Below, piece by piece: positions 36,529 through 47,600 of a DNA stretch of 50,826 nucleotides. The notes under the pieces are model-generated. The model ran no database searches, was not told the origin of the DNA, and saw nothing but the letters and a program-made list of their open reading frames with translations. Position numbers and translations under genes: made by a program. Where the stretch lies: NCBI GenBank assembly GCA_025458385.1, contig JALOSO010000002.1, positions 1 through 50,826 on the forward strand, given 5' to 3'. Source of the stretch: Paracoccaceae bacterium (GTDB lineage Bacteria; Pseudomonadota; Alphaproteobacteria; Rhodobacterales; Rhodobacteraceae). Positions within the stretch are counted from its first letter, which is position 1. Every line of letters begins with the position of its first letter.

Positions 36529-38257
36529 CCTGCACCCGCTTTACCAGGGTTGCTGCCGGGCGCACCGCCTGCGCCAGCACGCTATCCTTGTCACCGAAAT
36601 GCGCAACCGTTCCGTTTTGCAGCACCAGCACCTTGTTCACACTGGCCAGCGCCGAGGGCCGGTGCGCCATCACAACCAGCGTGGCCCCGCGTTCACGGCA
36701 GGCCATGATCGCCCGCATCAAGGCGTCATCGCCGATGGCATCAAGGTTGGCATTGGGTTCGTCCAGCACAATCAGCCGCGGGTTGCCGTACAACGCGCGC
36801 GCAAGACCCACGCGCTGCACCTGCCCGCCTGACAGCGGCGGCGTGCCATGCCCGATTTCTGTGGCATAGCCTTTTGGCAAGGACAGGATCATGTCATGCA
36901 CACCCGCCAGTCTCGCCGCGGCAATGATGGCATCATCCTGCCCTTGCGGGTCAAACCGGCAGATGTTGTCACGCACGGTGCCTGACAGCAGTTCCAGCGA
37001 TTGCGGCAGATAGCCGATATGCGGGCCAAGGCTGATGGGATCCCATTGGTCATAGGTGGCCCCGTCCAGCCTGATCTCGCCGCTGTCGGCTTGCCAGGCC
37101 CCGACCAGCAGGCGCGCCAGCGTGGACTTGCCCGAGGCCGAAGGGCCGATCACCCCCAAGGCATCGCCGGGCGACAAGGCAAAGCTGACCTGCGACAGGA
37201 TTGGTGGCCGGTCAGCGCGAAGCGTCTGGCCCGGCGCAAACTTGGTCAGTGCATTGACGGCCAGATGTCCCTCGGGGGCCGGCAAGGCAACCGCCGTGCG
37301 CGGCGGCGGCGGGGCGGCAAGCACCTCGGCCAGGCGATGATGTGCCTCACGCGCGCGCACAACCGATCGCCATTGCCCGATCACCTGATCAATCGGCGCA
37401 AGCGCGCGGCCCGCAATGATCGAGGTTGCAACAATCATCCCCGCCGAAATGCTTTGATAGATCGCCAGATAGGCCCCAAGCGCCAGCATCGCCGATTGCA
37501 GCAGCAACCGGAAGGATTTGGAAAAGGCCGACAGCCCTTCAGACCAGTCGCCGGCCTGCTGGCCGCTGGCCAGCCCGTCATCATGCATGCGCCGCCAGCG
37601 GCTGCGCACCCGGTCGGCCATGCCAAGGGCCAGCACGGGTTCCGCGTTGCGATAGGCCTGTTCGACAAAAAAGCTTTCACCCGCATCCATGCCCATGGCG
37701 CGCTTGTAGCCCGGTTCGGTCAGCCATTGCCCGGCCAGCGCTGCGATGGTCACGATGACCGCGCCCCCCAGCGTCAGAAAGCCCAGCCAGGGGTGGATGT
37801 AAAAGACGACCGCAAGGTAAAAGGGCACCCAAGGCAGATCAAAGATGCCCAGCATCGCGGGGCTGGCCAGAAACCCGCGCAGCACGGCAATGTCGGCCAG
37901 CGGGCGGCGGTTCAGCCGGTTGCCGCGCACACCGCTGGCCAGCCATTCGTCAAATCCGGCATCGCCCAGATCGCGGTCAAGATGATAGCCCGCGCGCGAC
38001 AACAACCGCACGCGCAGGAAATCATACAGGGCCATGAAGGCAAACAGCACGACCACGACAACCGACAGCCCCACCAGCGTCGGCACCGAACCGGATGCCA
38101 GCACGCGGTCATAGACCTGCAGCATGAACATCGGGCCTGTCAGCATCAGCAGGTTGACCCCGGCGCTGAAGACAATGGCCAGCAGAAGTGCCCCGCGCAA
38201 TCTGCGCAGGGCCTGACTGTAGCGGTTCCTGTCGGGTTCCTGTGTCTTGCTGACCAT
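36518..38257 (-). CDS. type I secretion system permease/ATPase, PrtD/HasD-like (no N-terminal C39/CLD domain), 579 aa
   Basis: The TMD starts at about residue 20 (LLLAIVFSAGVNLLMLTGPMFMLQVYDRVL). Walker A GPSASGKST, signature LSGGQVQR, Walker B IVLDEPNANLD. Confidence 0.9.
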   Translation of the reverse strand: MVSKTQEPDRNRYSQALRRLRGALLLAIVFSAGVNLLMLTGPMFMLQVYDRVLASGSVPTLVGLSVVVVVLFAFMALYDFLRVRLLSRAGYHLDRDLGDAGFDEWLASGVRGNRLNRRPLADIAVLRGFLASPAMLGIFDLPWVPFYLAVVFYIHPWLGFLTLGGAVIVTIAALAGQWLTEPGYKRAMGMDAGESFFVEQAYRNAEPVLALGMADRVRSRWRRMHDDGLASGQQAGDWSEGLSAFSKSFRLLLQSAMLALGAYLAIYQSISAGMIVATSIIAGRALAPIDQVIGQWRSVVRAREAHHRLAEVLAAPPPPRTAVALPAPEGHLAVNALTKFAPGQTLRADRPPILSQVSFALSPGDALGVIGPSASGKSTLARLLVGAWQADSGEIRLDGATYDQWDPISLGPHIGYLPQSLELLSGTVRDNICRFDPQGQDDAIIAAARLAGVHDMILSLPKGYATEIGHGTPPLSGGQVQRVGLARALYGNPRLIVLDEPNANLDAIGDDALMRAIMACRERGATLVVMAHRPSALASVNKVLVLQNGTVAHFGDKDSVLAQAVRPAATLVKRVQDAG

Positions 38258-38283
38258 GGGCCTGCCTTGTGTGTGCCTGTCGG

Positions 38284-38661
38284 TCAGTAGAACGAGAACT
38301 GGTTGTCATCCAGTGCGGCAAGTTGTGTCGCACTCAGGAAAGCGGTCACTGTGGTCGCCGGGTCAACAAGAACGCCACCGGGATCGGCGGCCCCCTGTGC
38401 AGCATCGCCCGTCGGCCCACTGGCCAGACCATCGCCCGCAATCGCGCTGGACAGGCTGGCATAAGACCCGATTTGCGCCACGGGTGTGATTGCAGGCACA
38501 AAGGTCAGGCTGTCCGCCGCAGCCGAAGTGGCCGCCAGTGTCAGCGCTGCGGCAAGCGGCGCATTGTCGCCCACTGGCACCACGGCCGACGGCGGCGGGG
38601 CCGCAGTTGACGTGGCGGCCAGCGGGGGCCGCAGGTGGGGTGAACACGAACGAGTCTGCGG
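38284..38661 (-). other. alternative-frame segment that probably encodes the authentic C-terminal tail and secretion signal of the giant adhesin
   Basis: The frame is open from 38661 to the TGA at 38284..38286. It encodes an Ala/Thr/Ser/Pro-rich, Cys-free tail (...PLAATSTAAPPPSAVVPVGDNAPLAAALTLAATSAAADSLTFVPAITPVAQIGSYASLSS...LDDNQFSFY) ending 26 nt before the T1SS ABC start. Confidence 0.55.
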
Positions 38662-41600
38662 TCAGATTGGCCCGATCGGCAGCCGTCAGACCATCAAGGA
38701 TGATCGTCTCGCGCCCGTAGGTGACCAGCACGTCATTGCGGACCGTGCCATTGCCCGCCGTCGTAGACCGCGCCGTGATGGTCAGTTGCGCCAGCGTGTT
38801 GACGCCCCATGCACTGATATCCAGCTTGTCCTGGCCGATGACAAAATCCTGCACCCTGTCCGATGCGCGGTCGCCTGCGCCAAAGGCAAAGGTATCAAAG
38901 CCGGCCCCGCCGTTCATCTGCTGCACGCCGGCCCCGTCGCGGATGTAATCATCCCCGGCGCGGCCCCGGATCGTTGCCAGCGACCCGCCAAAGATGACAT
39001 CGCTGTAATCCGACCCGTGCAACCATTCGATGGTCGTGGCGCGGTCACCCAGCGCCTGACCGGCATTGGCCGACTGGTTCGCCATGTCAAACAGGATGCC
39101 GCCATCGGCGAAAGCATAGCTCAACTCATCGCGCCCGGCCCCGCCATCAACGGTATCGGCCCCGGCCCCGTTGTAGAAGATGTCGTTGCCATCACCGCCA
39201 AAGATCTGGTCATTACCCGGCCCGTCATAGACCGTGTCATTGCCCGCGTTGCCCAGAATGGTCTGGCCCCCGCCGGAAATGCCCTGCCCGTCGATATCGC
39301 GGAAAGCGCCGTTCATCAGGTCATTGCCTGCCGTGCCATCCACGGTCGCCCCGGCCCAGCGGTTCGGGTCGATCTGCGTCGGATCGGCAAAGATGAAACT
39401 TGCCGCGTTCAACGACGGTATCTGCGCGGTGTTCATCCCGACAATGACCACGGATTCGCCATTGAAGCTGATCACAAGTTCGCCCAGCAGTGTCCCTGCA
39501 TTATTGGTGCGTTCCACGATCGACAACTGGTCAAACTGCGTGACACCCCAACGCGTCAGGTCAAGCGCATCCTGGCCCAGGACAAAGTCCATGATCCGGT
39601 CTTGTGCCTGATCGCCATCGACAAACAAGAAGACATCGCGCCCGGCCCCGCCATAAAGCGCCTGAATGCCGGCGCTGTCGACCAGCACATCATTGCCACC
39701 TTCACCGTAAAGGCGGCTCAGGCCCTGCGATACGATCAGGTCATCGAAGTTTGACCCGTACAGATACTCGATCCCGACAAAGCGGTCACCCAGGGCGATG
39801 CCCGTGCTTTGGGTGGGCGCCCCCATGAAGATCGACAGGCCCACCGTCGACCCGGTGTAGTTCACCCGGTCAGTGCCCGCCCCGCCATCATAAAGATCGG
39901 CCCCGTCACCGGCGATAAACGCATCATTGCCAGCCCCACCATAGGCATCGTCATTGCCCGCCAGATCGCGGATGGTATCGTTCCCGGCCCCGCCATTCAG
40001 CTGATCGCGCAGCGCTGTACCCGTGATATTGCCGCTGCCCGAGATGACATTGTCATAGGGCAAGGTCAGCGGCGGGGCGATTGTCAGCACAAAGGTATCC
40101 GACACGATCGCCGAACCGTCGCTGGCCGACAGGGTGATCGACAGGCTGCCAGACGCACCGGCTGGCGGTGTTCCGGTAAAGGTGGTGCCATTGAACACCA
40201 GCCAGGATGGCAGCACGGCCCCGGTTGACAGCCGCGCCTGATAGGCCAGCGGCTGACCATCCGGATCGGAAAACGCCGCCGTGTCGGCCGCAAAGGTAAA
40301 GGGCATCCCCTCGCGGATGACTGCACCGGCATTGTCCAGCGTAACGTCTGCAACGGGCCGCACCAGCACCGGCGGGTCCTGTGTGTTCAGCACGTTCAGC
40401 GCAAAGTCATCACTGATGCTGATCTGCCCGTCAGATGCCGTCAGCCGCAGCATCAGCGTGCCGATGAAGTCAACCGGCGGCAGGCCCGACATGGTCTGTG
40501 TCAACGCGTTGAAGGTGATCCAGCTCGGCAAGGCCGACCCGTCAGCACGCGTCAGCGTGAAGGTCAGCGGCTGGGCATCAGGATCGCTGAACAGGTTGGT
40601 TTGCAGCGCAATCGAAAACGCCGTTTCTTCGGTTGCCAGACGGTCTGACAGGGGTGCGGCCAGCACCGGCGCATCATTCACGGCAGCAATCGTCAGATCG
40701 ACAAAGCCCAGCGTTGACAGGCCAGAGCTGTCAGTCAGCGTATAGGCAAAGCTGCCGGTGCCCGAGAAGTTTTCATTCGGCGTGACCTCAATCTGCCCGC
40801 TTTCCAGCAGGCGCGCGGACACGCCGTTGCCGCGTGCAACGCTCGTGATGCTGATGCCCTGAATGTCAGGGTCATTGTCATTTGCCAGCAGGATCGACGG
40901 CTCGATGATCAACACTTCGTCTTCCGTCATGCTGATGCTGTCACGCCCGGCCACGGGCGCATCTGGTGTCGGTGCGATCGTGATCCGTACAGTCCCGTCC
41001 ACCGGCACGCCCGACCCGTTGGTGATGGTATAGGTCAGATTGACGATGCCGTTCTGGTTGACCTGCGGGGTAAAGCGGTAAAGCGCCCCTTCCTGCGTGA
41101 CCGCCGATGAGGCAAAGCCAAGGAATTGCAGCGCATCGCCATCCGGGCTGATGTCATTGGCCAAAAGCTGTGCCGGATCGATCAGGATCGAGCCGTCTTC
41201 GACCATCGAAAGTTGATCCAGCACGGTAAAGGGTGGATCGATCGATGGGCTGACCTGGATCTGCGCATAGCCTTCGGTCCGGGCCCCAAGGGCGTCTTCC
41301 AGCACATAGCGGAATCCGGCATTACCATAGAAATCGGCACGCGGCGTAAAGGTCACCACGCCGTTTGACAGCGTGACCGTGCCATTGTCGGGGTCATACA
41401 CCTCGACCACGGTAAAGCTGTCACCCTCGGGGTCATAGTCATTGGCCAGAAGGTTCGCCATCGGGATGACCAGCGGCACGTCCTCATCCGTTGCCAGAAT
41501 GGCATCGGGCAAGATCACCGGGCCATCGTTCACCGGGGCAAAGTTGAACGCGATGGTGCCTGTGGTGATTTCGCGGCCGTCTGAAACCCGGTAGCCCATG

Positions 41601-44600
41601 GTCAGCTGACCATTCAGGTTCACATTCGGCATCACCTGCCAGCTGCCATCGGGCAGTTCGAACAGCCGCAAACCCGCGGACTGCCCCGTAAAGCCAAGGA
41701 AGGTCAGCGCATCACCGTTCGGGTCTAGATCATTGGCCAACAGTTGTGCTGTGGTAAAGGTGATCGGCGTATCCTCGGCGCCGTCAAACACGTCAGGGCC
41801 AAGGATGGGCGCTGCATTGTCTGGCGTGACCTCAATCGTGACGCGGGCCACATCGGTGCGGCCATTGCCATCGGTGATGGTGTAGTCAAACCGCGCGATC
41901 CCGTCGAAATTCGCAGTCGGGGTAAAGGTGATCTGCCCGTTTGCCACCACTGCCGTGCCGTTGATCACATTGGCCAGCGATACGAAGCTGATCGTATCAC
42001 CATCCGTGTCGGTGTCATTCGCCAACAGATCGGCGATGTTGATCACCAGCGGCGTGTCTTCGACCGTGGTCAGATCATCATCATTGGCCTTCAGATTGCG
42101 GTTGAAGGCGATGTTGACGAAACTGCTTGAGACCTCGCCATCATCATTGGTGATCGTGTAGCCAAAGCGCGTGCTGGTCGCTGTATCGCTGTTCAGCGTA
42201 TAGCGCAGGACCGCCCCGGTCGTGCCGTCCAGCGCCTGCGAGAAGTTCGCGCTGACCGTGTCATTGGTTGTTTCCGGATCCCCGTCGTCGACCGTGCGAT
42301 TGATGGTCACCGCCAATGTGCCGCGATAATCCAGCGGCACGCGCGCAAACAACATGCCGGTTGTCGGGTTCAACGACAGCCAGCTTGGCGCAGCACTACC
42401 ATCCGCCATGCTGGCCGACCAGACGGCCCCTTCAACCTGTGCAAGCCCCGACAGAGCCGCGCCATCAATCGCCGTGCGCACAATCTCGACCGTGCCGGTG
42501 CCGGGTTGGGTAAAGGCCGACAGGCGCAGGGTATTGCCCGGCAGGGCAAAATCATTGGCAAGCAGGGTGGCCACGGGAATGTCGAACGTTGCGTTCGATG
42601 TCATCACCAGATCATCGGCAATGGCGTCAATGATCTCGGGCCGGCCATCTACGTTGACAACGACAATGGCCGCATCCTCGGATACCGCGCCAAGCGTGTC
42701 TTGGGCGACATAGCTGAAGACAAAGCTGCCGTCGAAATCTTCGGGCGTGGTAAAGACCGGGCGGCCATTGACCATCTGCCAGCCAAAGCCTGCAACATTG
42801 CGTGTGCTGAGCACCGTATCGACGATGACCTCTTGCACCAGATCAAAGGCCGGGTGGTCGGCCGTGGCGGGCATGGCAAACCGCACGTCCAGCGCGCCAA
42901 CATAATCCCCTTCAGGCGGGGTGCCCGCAAAGGTCTGGGTCGCGGGGTCATAGGTCAGCCAAGCCGGTAGGGCGTTTCCATTGGCCAGTGTCACCACGGC
43001 GCTGTCATCCAGCGGCGCGGCAAACAGGCCTTGCGCGGCAAAGAAGGCCTGCGTTGCCAGCAATGCGTTGACACCCGCCGGAATGCCAATAGCCGGATCG
43101 ATGATGAAATCCAGCGCAAAGCTGCCATCGACAGTCGAACGCCAGCCGGGGTCAAGCCGGGGTTGATCGGGCATATGCGCAATGCGCACCGCCACGGGAC
43201 CGGCGGCTTGCAGGATCAGCACCGGGTCAACCGAAAGCGTCATGGTGGCCGGATCGAAGATCAGCCAATCCGGCAGATCGCGGCCGGACGGGGCTGTCGC
43301 AGTCCACAGGCCGGGGCCGAAATCATGCGTGTCAGGATCGTAGGGGATGATCGGAAACAACACCCCAGGGTCACTTACGACAAAATCTTCATTCAGCGCG
43401 TCGCGCTGATCGATTGCATTGTAAAGGCTGCGCGCCTCGGTTTCAAACACGGCGAGACCCGTCTCCAGCGCCAGCCCGGTCAGCAGTGCGGGCGCATCTG
43501 TCGGGTCAATCGTCTGCGCCACAGCATGGGTCAGCCCACCCCGGTCCGCTGACAGGGTAAAGGTCACGACCACATTCAACGGCGTGGTCTGATCAGCCGG
43601 CATCGTGCCGGTAAACGCAAGTGTCTGGGCATCAAACGTCAGCCAAAGGGGCAGCGCGGCCCCATCTTCCAGCGTCGCTGTGACCAGCGTATCCGCCGCC
43701 AACTTGTTTGCCGTCAGGCCCATGGCGGCTTCAACATCACGGTCGGCGGGCAAATCGGCCAGCACACCCAGGAAGTTGATGCTGCTGAACGACAGCACGT
43801 CGCCTTCCGGATCAAAGTCATTGCCGAACACCTCGCCCGGCAGGATGGTGATCGGGCGGTCTTCGACCCCGCCTGCCACATCATCGCGCACCACGGGTGC
43901 ATCATTGCGCGGCACGATGGTCACCGTGACCACGCCCACGGACGTGCCACCATGCCCATCGCTGATCGTGTAGTCAAAGCTGGCCACGCCGTTGTAATTC
44001 GCGCGCGGTGTGAACACGATCATGCCGTTTGCATCAAACGCAACCCGCCCGTTCAGTGCGAACGGATCAAGCGAGATGATGGTCAGCGTATCGCCATTGC
44101 CATCACTGTCATTGGCCAAAAGCGTGGCCGGATCGATGATGATGACCTGATCCTCAAACGTCTCAAGATCATCGTCCTGCGCGTTGGGTGCGTCATTGAA
44201 CGGGAACACCGTCACGGCCACGTTGATGGTGCGGCTGGCGCCGAATTCATCCGTCAGCACATAGGTGAATGATGCGTCATCCAGTGTGTCGGCCTCAAAG
44301 AACACCTTCTCGCCGTCAGCCGACAAGGTTGCCGTGCCATTCGTGCCCGACATAACCGTGCCAAAGGTAAAATCGTCACCTTCGGGGTCACGGTCATTCA
44401 GCATCAGCGTGCTGACGTTGATTTCGTAGACACGCCCCAACCGTACGGCAATGGCATCATCCCCGCGCGGCGCATCATTCACGCCAACAAAGGTCAGCTG
44501 CACCTCACCGTAGGCCACGCCACCATTGCCGTCTTCCAAGGCATAGCGGAACCCGGCAAACCCGAAATGATCCGGGCGGGGTTCAAAGTAGATATAGCCG

Positions 44601-47600
44601 TTCTCAATGGTCGCACGGCCATTCGTCAGGTTGTAATTCGCGCTTTGATACAGCGGGTTGCCATCAAGATCGCGCAGCGCGCTGAGGCCGGAAATCGCAA
44701 GCGTATCGCCGTCAACATCGCTGTCATTGGCCAAGAGGTCCGCAATGCGGATGACCAGGATTGTGTCCTCGGTGCCGGTATAGCCCGCATCCGCGCCCGC
44801 CACCGGGGCGTCGTTGACCGGTGTCAGGTTCACCTCGACCCGGGCCGTGCTTTCGCGCCCGAACGCATCACGCACCGTATAGTCAAAGAACGCATCGCCG
44901 TTCTGGTTCAGCGCGCCCTGAAAGCGGATCGTCCCATCAGGCAGGATCACCGCCGTGGCCCCGCCCACCCCCAGAACCGACACCAGTTCCAGATCCGCGA
45001 CCCCTGCCGTCGCATCGTTTTCGAACAGGCTGGCCGGGTCGATGATGGCCGGCACGTCCTCGGTCTGGAAGCGCACAACGTCATTGGCCGCATTGAACCG
45101 GCCCAGTTGGGCCAGCGTTTCAATCGCGGCGCGGTCCCAGATCAGCCCCTCGCTGAAGGCAATCGCCTCGATCCCCGCACCACCCGGCAGGAAATGCCCG
45201 ACCACACGCAAGGTATCGGTCAGGAAGCCACCGGTGTTTTCCAGCTCGATCACCAGATCATCGCCTTCGCGGATCAGCGATACGTCACGCCGCAGCACCG
45301 GCGCCTGCAACAACACCGTGTCCACGCCCGCGACGGCAGCTTCGGTCAGCACATCGCTGCCCGCGCCAAAACCGAAGACATAGGTATCCGACCCCGCCCC
45401 ACCGGCCAGCGCATCATTGCCAAGCCCGCCAACGAAAGTTTCATCCGCCGCGCCGCCCGCCAGCGTGTCGTTCCAGTCCGAGCCGAGCACCTGCTCGATC
45501 CCCGAAAGCACGTCACCTGCCGCATCCCCGACCGTTCCGGTGCCCGCACCCAGATCAAGCGCAACCGCGCTTGCCGCCGTGGTATAGTCGGCCGTATCGA
45601 ACCCGGACCCGCCGTCAATCATATCGGCCCCGGCCCCGCCGCGCAGGCGGTTATCGCCTGCATCACCGATCAGCGTATCGGCATGATAGCTGGCCTCGAT
45701 GATCTCGATACTGCTGAACACATCGCCCGCCGCATCGCCGCCGTTCGCCGCCGTGTCGGCCAGATTGACCAGCACCCCGAATTCAGACCCGGCATAGCTG
45801 ACAACGTCGGTCCCTTCCCCGCCCTGCAGCACATCGGCGCCGCGCCCGCCTTCCAGCGTGTCGTCACCGGCCCCGCCGGTCAGCGTATCGTTACCGCGTC
45901 CGCCTTTCAGCAGGTTGGCCGCCCCGTTACCTTCCAGCATGTCATTGGCATCGCCGCCTGTCAGATGTTCGATCGATGTCAGCACATCACCCGCGGCGTC
46001 ACCGCCTGCCGCCGTCAGCGTGGCAAGCGACACCGTGACCGCATCGGTGCTACCGCTGTAATCCGCGGTATCCGCGCCATCGCCGCCTGACAGGATATCG
46101 GCGCCCGCGCCCCCTGTCAGCGTATCGTCGCCATCACCACCCAGCAGCGTGTCATCGCCTGCAGCCCCCGACAGCCCGTCGGCGCCACCGCGCCCGTCAA
46201 GCAGGTTCGCCTCAAGCCCGCCATCCAGCGTATCGCCAAAGGCCGATCCCGCCAGCGCCTCGACAGCGAAATACTCATCCCCCTGCGCATCGCCGCCCTG
46301 CCCGAAACGCGTCGAAAGGCTGGCGCGCACGCCGATGGTCGAGGTTGCAAAATCAACGGTATCAAAGCCCGCCCCGGCAAAGATCTGGTCAAATCCAGTG
46401 CCACCAAAGATCAGGTCATCGCCGTCATGCGCGCGGATCGTATCATTGCCCGCAAGGCCGCTGATCGTATCTGACCCTGCCGTGCCGATCAGCAGATCGA
46501 CCAGCGCTGTCCCGGTGACAAGGCCGGAATAGCCCGCATTGACGTTGGCGCTGACCCGCGCCGTATCTGTCAGCTCACCATCGGTGATTTCATAGTCGAG
46601 CGTCAGCCCGCCAGTGTATCCGGCCCCAAGATCAACCACGATGAACTGGTCCTGCCAGACCTCGATCGTGCCGGCGCTGTGGGCAAAGACCCGGGTAAAG
46701 GCCAACACGGAATTCTCGATATCCGTGTCATTCGCCATCAAATCGGATATCCGCAGCACCAGGGGCACCGCCTGTTGCGTGGTGAACCCGGGGTCATCAC
46801 CGGCCACCGGTTCATCATTGACGGCAATCATCTCGATCCAGACAAAGCCGATATCCCCGGGCATGCCCGTGCCATCCGAGATGGTATAGAAGAACCGCGT
46901 CGGCCCTGTGGCATTTGCCCCCGGCGTGAACAGCAGGTTCGTCGCATCATACTGCACCAGCGTGCCATGGCTATGTGCGATGGATGGGCCAAAACCCGTC
47001 AGCGTGATCGGGTCGCGGTCGATATCATAATCATTGCCCAGCAGCGCGCTGACCGGGATCAGACGCGGCGTATCTTCCACCGCGATGATCGTGTCATTCA
47101 CGGCCACCGGCCCGGCATCATCAACGTTTGCAAAGAACAGTGTAACCTCGGCGGCATCCACCGCACCGCCCGCATCCTGAATCAGATACGAGAACGTTGC
47201 CTCACCCCAGAAATCGGCATCCGGCGTGAACACAATCGTCCCGTTCCCTGGCATTGTCAGGGTCCCGCCAACCGCATTTGATGCGGACTGGAAGATCAGG
47301 GTTCCCGGCTCTACATCCCGGTCATTGTTCAGAAGATCGGCGATCTGGATCGTCAGTGCCTGATCTTCCAGCCCACGCAGCTCTTCAAAGCCGTTGCTTT
47401 CATAGCTGTCATCACGGGCGTCGGGGTTATCGTTGACCGAGGCCACGTTGATCGTGACCCAGGCTTCCGTTTGCCCGCCCTGCCCGTCGGCCACTACGTA
47501 ACGGAATCCCGCCGTGCCGTGGAAATTCGCTGTCGGAATGAACTCGACCCCGTTCGGGTAAAGCTGCGCCGAACCGCCCACGGCGCCTTCGACACGCAGT

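Noticed and set aside
35041-38290. 555-aa and 429-aa + strand ORFs antisense to the HlyD and T1SS ABC genes
   Set aside because: Shadow frames. The minus-strand proteins have Walker A/B, the ABC signature and coiled-coil MFP architecture.
38486-46090. Long + strand ORFs inside the giant adhesin gene (38486..39754, 422 aa; 44567..46090, 507 aa; many smaller ones)
   Set aside because: These are antisense readings of GGxGxD/Asp-rich repeats, which give Ile/Arg/Ala/Pro-rich strings with no domain logic. The minus-strand frame is continuous for more than 12 kb.
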